Shown piece by piece: positions 39,197 to 51,886 of a stretch of DNA of 64,000 nt. The notes under the pieces are model-generated. The model saw only the letters and a list, made by a program, of their open reading frames with translations, made no database searches and was not told the origin of the DNA. The stretch covers positions 320,001 through 384,000 of the forward strand of contig JBNKHE010000002.1 of NCBI GenBank assembly GCA_050290185.1, read 5' to 3'. Source of the stretch: Pontiella sp. (GTDB lineage: Bacteria > Verrucomicrobiota > Kiritimatiellia > Kiritimatiellales > Pontiellaceae). The translations under genes and the position numbers were made by a program. Positions within the stretch are counted from its first letter, which is position 1; every line of letters starts with the position of its first letter.

Positions 39197-39403
39197 TTAG
39201 TCGTCGTGGGCAAGCCGCTTGAGCTGTTCCTGGATTTTCTTTTCGATCTGGCTGATTTCCGATTCGTCCTGCAGCTCGGCTTCCACCACACCTGTCAGCT
39301 CTTCAAGTGCCTCCGCCTTGGTAAAGCCGAAAGCGATCAGATGCTTGCGGCCGGCGATTTTGGCGTGGTAGCCCTCTTTTTCTTTCCCAAGTTCCACTTT
39401 CAT
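39197..39403 (-). CDS. small hypothetical protein (HicB-like N-terminal fold possible)
   Basis: 68-aa ORF filling the gyrB-gyrA gap; ggaga RBS; GYHA...AFGFTKAEALEEL. Confidence 0.6.
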   Translation of the reverse strand: MKVELGKEKEGYHAKIAGRKHLIAFGFTKAEALEELTGVVEAELQDESEISQIEKKIQEQLKRLAHDD

Positions 39404-39422
39404 CGGGATTTTCTCCGAATAA

Positions 39423-42008
<2,586 letters not shown>

Positions 42009-42093
42009 TCATAGCAACGGCATAAGGCTCAAAAATGTAGTTTTTTTGAGTCTAAAAGCCTAATAAAACCGGCATTTTACCTGGATTTTAGGA

Positions 42094-42783
42094 TTAGTCG
42101 GATACGGGGTCGAAACGGTAGCCAACCTGACGGATGGTCTGGATAAAGACGGGATGGGCCGGGTCGGGCTCGATTTTGTTACGCAGAGTGGTGACGAAGC
42201 GGTCGACGCTGCGGCTGGTGACGATACAGTCGTAGCCCCAGACGGCATTGAGAATGTCGTCGCGCGTCAGCGCCCGTCCCTGTTTTTCCACAAAGTATGC
42301 GAGCAGGCCAAATTCCTTGGGCGAAAGCTCGATCTCTTCATCTCCGCGCAACAGCCGCCGGGCGGCAAAGTCGAGCCGCAGACCGCCGAATTCGACCACA
42401 TCTGCGACCTCTTTTCTGGTGCGGCGCAGAAAGGCGGCGGAACGGGCCAGCAGCTCGTTGATGCTAAACGGCTTCGTAACATAGTCATCCGCGCCGATGT
42501 TCAGGCCGAGAACAACATCCGACTCCTCGCCCTTGGCGGTGAGCATGATGATCGGCATTTCCAGCCCTTCCTGGCGGATCAGGCGGCAGATTTCATAGCC
42601 GTTGATTTTCGGCAGCATAATGTCTAGCAGGATCAGGTCGGGCTTGGCGTTTAGCGCGGCATCAAGTCCCTTTTCGCCATCGGCAGCCGTAAGCACCTTG
42701 TAGCCCTTGTAGGCAAAGTTATCCTTCAGGCCCGTGAGCATGCTCGGATCGTCTTCAACTATGAGTACCGTTTGCATGGCCAT
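42094..42783 (-). CDS. OmpR/PhoB-family response regulator
   Basis: LIVEDD, LLDIMLP, MLTAK, GADDYVTKPF and winged helix LRNKIE..IQTIRQVGYRF. Confidence 0.96.
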   Translation of the reverse strand: MAMQTVLIVEDDPSMLTGLKDNFAYKGYKVLTAADGEKGLDAALNAKPDLILLDIMLPKINGYEICRLIRQEGLEMPIIMLTAKGEESDVVLGLNIGADDYVTKPFSINELLARSAAFLRRTRKEVADVVEFGGLRLDFAARRLLRGDEEIELSPKEFGLLAYFVEKQGRALTRDDILNAVWGYDCIVTSRSVDRFVTTLRNKIEPDPAHPVFIQTIRQVGYRFDPVSD

Positions 42784-44752
42784 TTCCGTGTTCCCCGTTT
42801 TTTCGTCCGATCAGCAGGTGCACTGTGAACGTGCTTCCCTGCCCCGGCTCGCTTTCGACATCAATGCGCCCTTTATGCGCATTTACGATGAATTGGACAA
42901 TACTCAATCCAAGCCCGCACCCCTCGGCAGTGCGGGACAGCGAGTTATCGACCTGATAAAAACTGGCGAATATTTTCCGGATCTGCCTGCGCGACAAGCC
43001 GATGCCGTGGTCCGAAACCGCGAAGCAGATTTCGTCCGCCTCGGCAAAGACCGACAGTTCGATCTGTTTATCGTCGGTCGTGTATTTGCAGGCGTTGTCC
43101 AACAGGTTGATGAGTACCGTCACGATGGAGTCATGATCGGCCGGAATATCGGGAAGATCGGCGGCAATGTTGGTTTCAAGCCGGCAGCCGTTGGACTTGT
43201 ATTTCGTACAAACAGATTCGATGGCATCCTCCGCGATCGCCACTGGCGACGTCGGCACCATGGTGAATGCATTGCGGTTGCGCTCCATGCGGGAGAATGA
43301 GAGGAAGTTTTCAATCATGCGGGTCAGCCGCTCGTTTTCGCGGGCGATCATCCGCAGGTATTCCTGCGCATGCGCCCCGTCCCGCGTGCGGCCTTCTAGC
43401 ATCGTATCAACCAGCAGTCGCATCGAGGCCAACGGGGTTTTCAGCTCGTGCGATACGGTGGCAATGAAGTCGTTCTTTATCTTATTCAGGCGGATTTGCC
43501 GCCCGACGGCTTGAATGGCGAACACACCGACCGCCAGCATCAGCAGAATCACCAATACCGCCGTCCAGATATAAACCGTGATCTGCCGGCCCGCCGCCTT
43601 GTTGAAAATGTCGCCGTCGGCAAAGAACAGCTCAACCCGCCCGTCCGGAAAACCATGAGGAAGCGAAGAGGAAGCGATGGCCGGAATGCCCTCTCCTAGC
43701 TTTCCCGCGATGAGATAGCCCAGCGCATCAAAGATACGGAACTGCGCTTCCGATCCTTCGAATTCAGCCCGATATCCGGCCAGCTCGGAGGCCAATCCCT
43801 CATCGGAGAGGATGATCATCATTTCAACAAACGGAGTTGGATAGCGATGAAGATACCTGCGCTGCCCGCCCAGCATCACCGGCATAGGCGTGTCCATTGG
43901 GCCGGCAGGTTTTGGATAGGCCTTCAGAACCTTCAGCGAATCTTCCTCGGCGTTCACCAAGCGCGTCAGATGATCCACCACCGCTTCTTTATCGGGAAAT
44001 GCAATCCCCTGCACGCAATCGAGCAGCTTCCGGGCAACAAACAGGTTTTGCTCAGTCGGCAGAGCACCCTGGCCGCTCTTAAACAGGTCATTTTCGAGCC
44101 CTTTTATAAGCCGCACCTTCCATTCCTTCCGCGCGGAGGTATCTTCGTTTTTCTGCAATAGGTTCAGCAGGAGCAACCGCACCGGCGCAGCTGACGCTTC
44201 TTTTGGCTGCATGGCGGCATCCATGGCCTCGTCCCAGCGGCCCAACCGCGCAAGACAGCGAACCTGTCCCGCCAACGCCCTGGGATCGGCGGCAGCGGCC
44301 AGACGTTCATAATGCCCGGCCGCCGCCGCATAGTCTGCTTCAACGAACTCCAGCTGCCAGGCGGTGGCCAGGGGTCCGTCATGCGGTGGGTCATTGGAGT
44401 TGAATGAATCGCCGGTCGAGGGGTAGACCAGCGTTCCATCCAAACTCCAAATCACCACCCCCTGGAAATGTTCTTTGAGCACCAGCTGGTTCAGCAGTCC
44501 GTAAGGATCCATCGCCCAGTTCATTTCACTAAACGCATCGAACCGCCCATTGATCTCTTGCTTGACCTGTTCGCCGGCGTCTTCGAGTTTTTTCTGGTAG
44601 ATCCCCGAGAGCTTCTGCTGCACCACCAGGCGCTCGTTGGCCACCACCCGGCTCATGAACCAAAGCAGGCTAACCGTGGGCAGCACTATGGCGAGCGCCA
44701 GCAATACCACCCACTGAATCTGGTTGCGTTGGTTCATGGAGCCGGTTTTCAA
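42755..44752 (-). CDS. membrane sensor histidine kinase (HisKA/HATPase) with large periplasmic domain
   Basis: Two TM helices; H-box VSHELKTPL; NLLDNACKY; DHGIG; GCGLGLSIV. Alternative start ATG 44737. Confidence 0.95.
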   Translation of the reverse strand: MKTGSMNQRNQIQWVVLLALAIVLPTVSLLWFMSRVVANERLVVQQKLSGIYQKKLEDAGEQVKQEINGRFDAFSEMNWAMDPYGLLNQLVLKEHFQGVVIWSLDGTLVYPSTGDSFNSNDPPHDGPLATAWQLEFVEADYAAAAGHYERLAAAADPRALAGQVRCLARLGRWDEAMDAAMQPKEASAAPVRLLLLNLLQKNEDTSARKEWKVRLIKGLENDLFKSGQGALPTEQNLFVARKLLDCVQGIAFPDKEAVVDHLTRLVNAEEDSLKVLKAYPKPAGPMDTPMPVMLGGQRRYLHRYPTPFVEMMIILSDEGLASELAGYRAEFEGSEAQFRIFDALGYLIAGKLGEGIPAIASSSLPHGFPDGRVELFFADGDIFNKAAGRQITVYIWTAVLVILLMLAVGVFAIQAVGRQIRLNKIKNDFIATVSHELKTPLASMRLLVDTMLEGRTRDGAHAQEYLRMIARENERLTRMIENFLSFSRMERNRNAFTMVPTSPVAIAEDAIESVCTKYKSNGCRLETNIAADLPDIPADHDSIVTVLINLLDNACKYTTDDKQIELSVFAEADEICFAVSDHGIGLSRRQIRKIFASFYQVDNSLSRTAEGCGLGLSIVQFIVNAHKGRIDVESEPGQGSTFTVHLLIGRKNGEHGNGHANGTHS

Positions 44753-44755
44753 AAA

Positions 44756-47700
44756 CTATTCGCCTTCCGCAATTACGAGCGTCTTGATTTCGTCGTCCGC
44801 CAGTACGCGGTTGTACACGCGCACATCGTCGATCAGTCCATCGAAGAAGCGATTCATAACGTCCGCGTTGGCGCCGATCATGACCGGGCTGCTGTTGGGC
44901 ACGATCCCGCCGGCATAGGTGCCCGTTGCCGCCAGATTGCCATCGATGTAGATCCGAATCGTGTTGCCCCCGCAGGTTGCGGCCACATGGTGCCATTCGC
45001 CCAATCCCACCGGCTTGTCCGTCGAGACGATCGCGCCACCCGCGCCCAGATGGAGCCGGGCCTCCCGGTTGTTGGCGGTCGAAAGCCGCCACGAGGTGTC
45101 GCCCTTGGTTATGAACGGCATCCAGTCCGTAGTGACCGACCCGATATTCACCCAGTAGGCGATCGTGATTTCGCCGGTCAGGTCGAATGCGGATTCATCC
45201 GCTATTTGGACATAACTACGCTGTCCGTCCATGTCGAGCGCGCCTCCGATGCGGCCCTTGGCCCATTTTACGTTGCCCTGGAAGGTTCCGTCGTGCCCTC
45301 GCCCGCTTTTGTCGCCCAGTGTGGCTCCTTCCATTTCATCGCACGGCCAGTAGCCAATCAGCCCGGCCAGTTCGGCCCGCCCGAAGTTAGCGGGGCTGAA
45401 CCAAGCGGAATCGTGATCGTCGAACCAACTAATCTTGGCATCGCGCTGTCTTCCGGACTGGTTATCGTTGACCTGCACATCCAAGCCGACCTTGTTTCCG
45501 GCAGCCGGGCTCAGTCCCAGCGTTTCCCACGGGAAGGCGACCTCCACGCAATAGCCGGTTGGCGTGTTTTTGAGGACCCAGTCGATGTTGGTCAGGCTGT
45601 GCTGTGCTTCGGCCAATTGCGGGTTGTCCCCGTTTTTGCGAAATGAAAATGCATAATCAGTTGGCCCGAATTCCTGCAACTTGGAATCGGTGGTATCGAG
45701 ATACAGTTCGATGCTGTCGTTCTCCTGCCAGTCCAGTTTGGGATTGTAGGTTGGCGTGCTGTCGGTTACGTCGATGAATATATATAGATTCGTGGCATCC
45801 CACAGCGTGCGGTAATCGGCCGCCAACTGATTGGTGGGGTTCGACGACGCATACAGCGTTTCGCCCAACGTATAGACGCGGGCGTTATTCCAGATGGCAT
45901 CCAGCGTGCCGTCAATCACAGGCGTGGCGGACGCCGCGCAAATGGTGGCCGCCCGCCCTTTCCGAATACGCTTGCTTTCAGCAGCCTGCCATTCTTGATA
46001 CTGCAGTTGATTGATTTGCGACTGCACCTGCCGAATTTGAGTGATGGGTTCAACCACCTTGCTCAACGGAGGAATATCACTCAGCCGAGCCGAGAGCAGC
46101 AGTTTATGCGGCTGTTCTTCGGTACGCAATGACAACGTCGTGGACGCCAATGCCGCAACCAGCTGGTCCATGCTTTCAGTTACCTGCCGGCTCAAGTCTG
46201 CGTTCACCGCGGAATCCGGTCCCATGGACATATGTCTTCGAAGGAATCCTCCGGGGCTGGCCACCACCATTTTCTTGGCCGTATCTATGGATTGATTCAC
46301 TTCGGTGTGGAGTGCCCCGCCGGTGAGAATGGATTGCCTACCCGCAAGTGCCGCCATGGCCTGGTCGATCACATCCTGTTCAAGGGCTACAAGCACCGTA
46401 TGGTCTGCCGACTGCACCATCCATGGAGGATTACCGAGCAGAACCTTGACCTCATCCACAAAATCGACAACCGGTATGGGATCCGTACAGGAGATCACCA
46501 GCCCGGGCCGAAAAGTCATATCCGCGACCGGGTCAGTGCAGGGCAGCGCAAAAAGCGTGATCTGCTGAATGCTGTCGATCACTTCGGCGGGCAGGTCCAC
46601 ACCGAGCTTGGCCTGTACCAACGGCCGAAGTTGAGCGGCCTGGATGGAGTCCGAATCCGCCAGATCAAAACTGACCAGACCAACGGCACCGGCCGGAACC
46701 CCTTTCAGCCCTTCACGGCTGATCGACGGCGTTTTGATCATTTCATAAGCCATGTTCTGCATGCCTTCCTTGAAATGAATGCGGCCGTCGAGGCCAATAT
46801 TGTCCGGTTTCACGAAGGCGGTCAGCACAAGATCATCAATACTTGCGATATTGATCATGCCGGCCGGCCCCCGGATTTCCATCGGAACGTTCGGAACCTG
46901 CTGCATGAAACGGGTATACATATCATCCGCATTCAGCCAAAACGTTGCGAGGTTCTGCTGGCGCGTTACCTTGTCGATCTGACTGAATGAAGGATTGCTG
47001 GAAGCCAGCGATGCATCCGTAGAGAGATGCTTGTACTGCCGTACCATCCACGGAAGCCGCCCCGTTGGCTGGGATAGTAGAAATACCTTGTCGTCGCAGG
47101 CAATTTCAACCTGCCCCTCAATGGAATAGGTTGACATGCCGTCAACCGTACCCCCGGGCACTCCGACCATACTCAACCCGGTCATAAACAGTCCGCGCAA
47201 CATGGCGCTTTCACCCAGATGAAGTACTGCAACGCTCGACGGCCCTTGGGGGGTGATGTCCACCAAACCCACGGCCAGACCACGGATCTTCTTGAACTCC
47301 TCCTTCATGGCCGGATTCAGCAACCCGGCAACCAACGCACCCTCGCCGGAACGCATCGCATCCGGATTGCCTTGCGAGATCGCCATCAGCGGATCCTCCA
47401 GCGGCGTTCCCTTAAGCATTTCAAGAATGGTCTCGATCTGACGGCCGGTGCTACCCAGCTCCAGGTAGGCCAGCGTTTCGGGAGGCATCAGGATCGCCGG
47501 ATCAAAATCCTGCAGGTTGGCAAGAACCGGCTTGGCCTTTTCCACCAGATTGGTCTGGCTGGAATAATTGGTCACCAGTCTGGTCAACGCAACGACCGCC
47601 TTGGCATCGTCCTTCAACCGCATGTAGCACATGCCCTCGTGATACAGCGCCAAGGCAACATACTTTTCCTCTGCGGCGGGATCGGTTGCAACCTTTTCAT

Positions 47701-47854
47701 AGCTGGCAATCGCCGACGGCAAATCGCCTTCGATCTCTTCGGCATAGAGCCCCTGCTGCAACAGTTCCACCGGCGTTGCCGCAACGCCCGAACCACAGGC
47801 CAAGGTAACAGCTGCAAACAGATGCAACATTTTTATTTTCGCTGGTCTTCTCAT
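44756..47854 (-). CDS. secreted TPR + central alpha/beta domain + CBM9-like sugar-binding + LamG protein
   Basis: Signal peptide; LQQGLYAEEIEGDL TPR-like; PVIDGTLD..W, LWDATNLY, DSIELYLD, GYCVEVAFPW, GLDVQVND (CBM9-like); FDGLIDDVRVYNRVL (LamG). Confidence 0.85.
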   Translation of the reverse strand: MRRPAKIKMLHLFAAVTLACGSGVAATPVELLQQGLYAEEIEGDLPSAIASYEKVATDPAAEEKYVALALYHEGMCYMRLKDDAKAVVALTRLVTNYSSQTNLVEKAKPVLANLQDFDPAILMPPETLAYLELGSTGRQIETILEMLKGTPLEDPLMAISQGNPDAMRSGEGALVAGLLNPAMKEEFKKIRGLAVGLVDITPQGPSSVAVLHLGESAMLRGLFMTGLSMVGVPGGTVDGMSTYSIEGQVEIACDDKVFLLSQPTGRLPWMVRQYKHLSTDASLASSNPSFSQIDKVTRQQNLATFWLNADDMYTRFMQQVPNVPMEIRGPAGMINIASIDDLVLTAFVKPDNIGLDGRIHFKEGMQNMAYEMIKTPSISREGLKGVPAGAVGLVSFDLADSDSIQAAQLRPLVQAKLGVDLPAEVIDSIQQITLFALPCTDPVADMTFRPGLVISCTDPIPVVDFVDEVKVLLGNPPWMVQSADHTVLVALEQDVIDQAMAALAGRQSILTGGALHTEVNQSIDTAKKMVVASPGGFLRRHMSMGPDSAVNADLSRQVTESMDQLVAALASTTLSLRTEEQPHKLLLSARLSDIPPLSKVVEPITQIRQVQSQINQLQYQEWQAAESKRIRKGRAATICAASATPVIDGTLDAIWNNARVYTLGETLYASSNPTNQLAADYRTLWDATNLYIFIDVTDSTPTYNPKLDWQENDSIELYLDTTDSKLQEFGPTDYAFSFRKNGDNPQLAEAQHSLTNIDWVLKNTPTGYCVEVAFPWETLGLSPAAGNKVGLDVQVNDNQSGRQRDAKISWFDDHDSAWFSPANFGRAELAGLIGYWPCDEMEGATLGDKSGRGHDGTFQGNVKWAKGRIGGALDMDGQRSYVQIADESAFDLTGEITIAYWVNIGSVTTDWMPFITKGDTSWRLSTANNREARLHLGAGGAIVSTDKPVGLGEWHHVAATCGGNTIRIYIDGNLAATGTYAGGIVPNSSPVMIGANADVMNRFFDGLIDDVRVYNRVLADDEIKTLVIAEGE

Positions 47855-47920
47855 AATCTTTTCCCGTTCATCACAAATGGGTGGATTCCCGTTTGTTCGG
47901 TGATGAAGCTAAAGGATCAA

Positions 47921-47960
47921 TGTTACCGTTGTGATACGGCTTGATCCTATTGCCGACAAA
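47921..47960 (-). promoter_or_regulatory. 40-bp repeated promoter element, copy A
   Basis: Plus strand tgttaccgttgtgatacggcttgatcctattgccgacaaa; minus-strand TAGCTT lies 9 bp downstream. Confidence 0.8.
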
Positions 47961-48099
47961 TTACCGTGCATCGGAAACCTCATCAATATCCGAGTGCCGA
48001 AGTTGGATCAACCTCGCAACAACGTCTTTGGCGGGAAGCAAACTCTGCCAACCACCAAATCCGGCGGCCTCTGTTTCCGAATCCGGGATCCATGGTTCT

Positions 48100-50631
48100 T
48101 TATTTCCCGGCAACCAGTTCGGCGCGGCCGAAATACTGCGGGTTCAGCCAGGCCTGGTCGTGGGGATCGTGCCAGCTGATCTTGGCATCACGACCGCCCC
48201 GGCCGCGGTTGTCGTTCACCTGCACTTCGACACCGATGTGCGCCCCGACTTCGGGCGTGGTGCCGAGTTCGCTCCATGGAAACGACACCTCAAAACAGTA
48301 GCCATTCGAAGTGTTTTTCATGGCCGTTTTGATGTCATGGATAGAACGCCCCTGGCTCTGAACGCACAGGGCTTCCGCCGCGATCTTACGCCAGAGGAGT
48401 GCGAACTGGTACTGCGTGTCGCCATACCCGGCCGGCTTCGCATCCGTCGCATCGAGGTACAGTTCGATGCCATCGTTGAACTGCCAGGCCTGATCGGGAT
48501 TATGCACGGGCGTGCTGTCCACGACTTCGATCAGCACATACAGCCGTTCTGCATCCCACAGCATCCGGTAGTTTCCGGCTATGGCATGTTCGCCCCCCCC
48601 GTTATCATAGATGGTTTTGGTCAGGTCATACTTCACGGCACCTTCCCAGGGCGCGGCGATTTTACCGTCAACAGCCGGAGCCTTAACCGTCTGTACAATG
48701 CGTGCCGGCGGCTGCTTCAGGAGTTCCTCCAGGCGCTCGCCCCACTCCTGTGCGGATGCTGCGGCCTGCTGCTGCTCAAGCGCGGAAACAATCTCTTGAA
48801 GTTTACCGAGCGGCTCAACCAATGCCGTCAGTGAAGGAATTCCGTTCATCCGGGCCTGTACCATAAGCGTTTCCGGTTGTTCATCGGTCCAGATCGACAG
48901 GGTGGTCGACTCAAGCGGTCTGCCCAGCTGTGCAAAGGCATCTTTCAGGTTTTCCGCCATTTCGGCATCCGCCCCTGAATGGAAAGCACTCTGAATACCC
49001 GCCAACTGCACCAGGCCCGCAGCATTGATCAGGACCACTTTTTGCGATGTTCCAATCTGCTGGTTTAAAGTATCAGAAAGGATCCCTTCCTTCAGAACCG
49101 ATGCTCCACCGCCCAATGCATCCAACGAGGCCTTTATGATTTCGGGCTCAAGCGCGATCACGACCGTGCGGTTGGTTTCCGCGATCTGCAGGACGGGCAT
49201 ACCTTGCGATTCAGCCGAACGCTCCCGCAGCAGTTGCGCCACGGGGGCCGTATCCCGACAGGTCAGAACCAGGCCGGGCCTGAACGGCATACCTTCAGGG
49301 ATTGCGGCTTCGCCGGGCAGGGCGAACAGGGCCAACTGCTCGATGTTGTTTATAAATTCCGAAGGCAACGGCCCATTATGTCCAATCTGAATCATCTGCT
49401 GAAGCTGCTGCAGCTGGGCCGGATTGTTCGTCGAATGTGCGATGCCGACGAGGTAGAATGCCTCTGGCGGTACCCCTTCGAACCCGGAAGCCTTCAGGGG
49501 CGGTGTCTTCAACAGCTCGTACCCCATGTTCGGCACCCCCTCCTTCAGATTTAGCATGGCATTCAGTCCGATACCATCGGGCTCGATGGCATGCGTTATC
49601 AGGAGATCATTTATGCCGGCCAGCCCCAGCATTCCGGCCATCATCTGAAAATTGGGCGGCAGGTCAGGGTGCTGTTGCAGCACATGGTTGTAGAGCGTAT
49701 CGACATCGATCCAGATCGTTGCAGCATTATGCTGCCGGGCCATTTTATCCACCTTGCCGAAGGTGCGGTTGCCGAAGGCAAGCGAAGGTTCCGTGGCAAC
49801 GCCTTTGTATTGATTGATGCACGCCACCAGCCGCTCCTTCGGATAGGCAATGAAGATCACCTTGTCATCATATGCCATGCACGGACCGTCCGGTATCTGT
49901 AGCGCAGTCATGCCTTCAATGGACCCGGACGGCTGCCCGGCCACACTCAGTCCGGCAATGATCATGCCGCGCAGCGCATCGCTCTCCCCCGGATGCATAA
50001 TGCAGGTGAATGACGAATCCCCCTGGGGATCAAACTGAGGGCAGCCGACCGCCAGACTGCGTACTTTTTTCATCTCAGCCAGCATGCTGGGATTGAAAAA
50101 GCGGGAGAGTGCCACTGCGGGCCCTGCGGGCATCGCAGCCCCGGTCGAGCGCATCATCTGCTCCAGCGGGTTCGATGTTGGCGAAACATCAAGCATCTCC
50201 AATGCAGTTTCGATCTGGCGGCCGGGACTGCCCAATTCGAGATACACCATCGTATCGGCCGGCATGAGGGATGCCGGGTCAAAATACTGTAGCTTGTCGA
50301 GCATCTCCTGCGCCTTCTGCACCAGCGCGGTCCGGTCGGGAAAACGACTGACCAGCTGATTAAGCGCCGCGGCAGCCTTTTGGTCCTCACCAAGATGAAC
50401 ATGGCACATGCCCTTGCGATAGAGCGCCTGAACCACATGGTCCTGCGGCGACAGCGGATCGGCAATGATCTGGTCGTAACGATTGATCGCCGACGGCAGA
50501 TCGCCCTCGATTTCCTCGGCATACAAAGCCTGCTGAAACAGCTCGCTCGATGCGGCCGCATAGGTACGGATGCCGGTCAGCAGAACGATCGCTGCCAGCA
50601 CGATGATTTGTTTCTGAAAGATCTTTTTCAT
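48100..50631 (-). CDS. secreted TPR + central domain + CBM9-like protein; paralog of 44756-47854 lacking LamG
   Basis: Shares LYAEEIEGDLPSAI, FDPA.LMP..T..YLELGS.GRQIET, DAKISW and FGRAEL with the paralog. Confidence 0.85.
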   Translation of the reverse strand: MKKIFQKQIIVLAAIVLLTGIRTYAAASSELFQQALYAEEIEGDLPSAINRYDQIIADPLSPQDHVVQALYRKGMCHVHLGEDQKAAAALNQLVSRFPDRTALVQKAQEMLDKLQYFDPASLMPADTMVYLELGSPGRQIETALEMLDVSPTSNPLEQMMRSTGAAMPAGPAVALSRFFNPSMLAEMKKVRSLAVGCPQFDPQGDSSFTCIMHPGESDALRGMIIAGLSVAGQPSGSIEGMTALQIPDGPCMAYDDKVIFIAYPKERLVACINQYKGVATEPSLAFGNRTFGKVDKMARQHNAATIWIDVDTLYNHVLQQHPDLPPNFQMMAGMLGLAGINDLLITHAIEPDGIGLNAMLNLKEGVPNMGYELLKTPPLKASGFEGVPPEAFYLVGIAHSTNNPAQLQQLQQMIQIGHNGPLPSEFINNIEQLALFALPGEAAIPEGMPFRPGLVLTCRDTAPVAQLLRERSAESQGMPVLQIAETNRTVVIALEPEIIKASLDALGGGASVLKEGILSDTLNQQIGTSQKVVLINAAGLVQLAGIQSAFHSGADAEMAENLKDAFAQLGRPLESTTLSIWTDEQPETLMVQARMNGIPSLTALVEPLGKLQEIVSALEQQQAAASAQEWGERLEELLKQPPARIVQTVKAPAVDGKIAAPWEGAVKYDLTKTIYDNGGGEHAIAGNYRMLWDAERLYVLIEVVDSTPVHNPDQAWQFNDGIELYLDATDAKPAGYGDTQYQFALLWRKIAAEALCVQSQGRSIHDIKTAMKNTSNGYCFEVSFPWSELGTTPEVGAHIGVEVQVNDNRGRGGRDAKISWHDPHDQAWLNPQYFGRAELVAGK

Positions 50632-50709
50632 GGTTTTTCCCCGTTCAGGTTTTTGCTCACCGCAGGCGGGCCCATTCCCGTCTGTTCGATGATGACGCTA
50701 GCTCAAGCG

Positions 50710-50749
50710 TGTTACCGTTTTGATACGAACACATCCTATTGCCGACATT
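50710..50749 (-). promoter_or_regulatory. 40-bp repeated promoter element, copy B
   Basis: tgttaccgttttgatacgaacacatcctattgccgacatt; minus-strand TAGCGT lies 9 bp downstream. Confidence 0.8.
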
Positions 50750-51727
50750 TTATTGCCCGGTCCCCGGAGGAGGATTCATATTGTTGATATCGATCAGGAT
50801 CTTCCATGTTCCATCGGGCTGGCGCTGCCAGACATGCAGGCCCTTGCCGAAGAAGTCATGTACCTGGTCTCCCGTTTCGGCCGCTTTGAACTGCCAGTGA
50901 AAACCATTTACGACATAGGCCATCTTCCCATTACCGCCGGTGGTCACGACGTCGCACTCAATGCCGACCAGCGTCATCTGCTTTCGACCCGCCATAACCC
51001 AGTCACGGACTTGTTGCCTACCGACAAACCAGCCCGATTCGCCGCTTAAATATCGGACATCGTCGGTATAGGTATCGACAGCCGGTCCGACATTCTCGGT
51101 CAGAAAGATCCGGTGAAAGGTCTGCTCGAGTTCGGCAAGCTGCTCCAGCGTTTCTTCGACATCGTCGGCCCCATCGTCCGACGGAGCATCCACGATTGTA
51201 AATGGAATATCCTGAAGCGACTGCGCCCGCCAGTTCGCCAACTGGTCGGCAGAGGGGATCGGACGATTGTTCCATGCCTCAGCTGCACGCAACCAGGAGC
51301 CGTCAGTCTGCTTCATCCAAACCGTCACAAAATTTTTGGCGTTGGACTGCACCTGCTCCCGGCCGGTCAGGGCAAACCGATGGACATAAACGCCGGTTTC
51401 ATAAACATAGTCGCCGCACTTCCACAGCTGTCGGTTCAGTTTCTCCAATCCGTGCATGCTGGCCCCGCCGGCGGCATCCAGAAAGACGGAACTTATCTGT
51501 TCCCTGCCCCGGATCAACGGGAGCTCCTCGACCGCGCAAACGATATCAGGCGTCCAACAGGTCGCAAAGGCTTCGGCATCACGGTCGACGAATGCCTGCA
51601 CCATCCGAGCCTGGTTTTCATCGAGCGCTTTAAGAATATTCTGCGTATCCGCCGGCGCAGCAAGTGTCCGACCCGAAACAAGCATCATCGCACAAAGCGA
51701 TATACTCATGAGTGCATTGGTTTTCAT
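50750..51727 (-). CDS. secreted tandem SnoaL/NTF2-like (DUF4440/YbcH-like) protein
   Basis: Signal peptide; two domains ending VWMKQTDGSWL and VWQRQPDGTWKI; gggagg RBS. Confidence 0.85.
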   Translation of the reverse strand: MKTNALMSISLCAMMLVSGRTLAAPADTQNILKALDENQARMVQAFVDRDAEAFATCWTPDIVCAVEELPLIRGREQISSVFLDAAGGASMHGLEKLNRQLWKCGDYVYETGVYVHRFALTGREQVQSNAKNFVTVWMKQTDGSWLRAAEAWNNRPIPSADQLANWRAQSLQDIPFTIVDAPSDDGADDVEETLEQLAELEQTFHRIFLTENVGPAVDTYTDDVRYLSGESGWFVGRQQVRDWVMAGRKQMTLVGIECDVVTTGGNGKMAYVVNGFHWQFKAAETGDQVHDFFGKGLHVWQRQPDGTWKILIDINNMNPPPGTGQ

Positions 51728-51795
51728 GGCAACCTCCCCATTTGGTTAATGTCCGGTTCATACTATTAACGACGCCCCACATACTGGATGGCATA

Positions 51796-51835
51796 TGTTA
51801 CCGTTTTGATACGGTCATATCCAATTCCCGACAAA
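51796..51835 (-). promoter_or_regulatory. 40-bp repeated promoter element, copy C
   Basis: tgttaccgttttgatacggtcatatccaattcccgacaaa; minus-strand CAGTAT lies 9 bp downstream. Confidence 0.8.
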
Positions 51836-51886
51836 ATACTACGGATTTACGCGGACTACAATCCTCTGCTCCGCGGGTACAGCATT

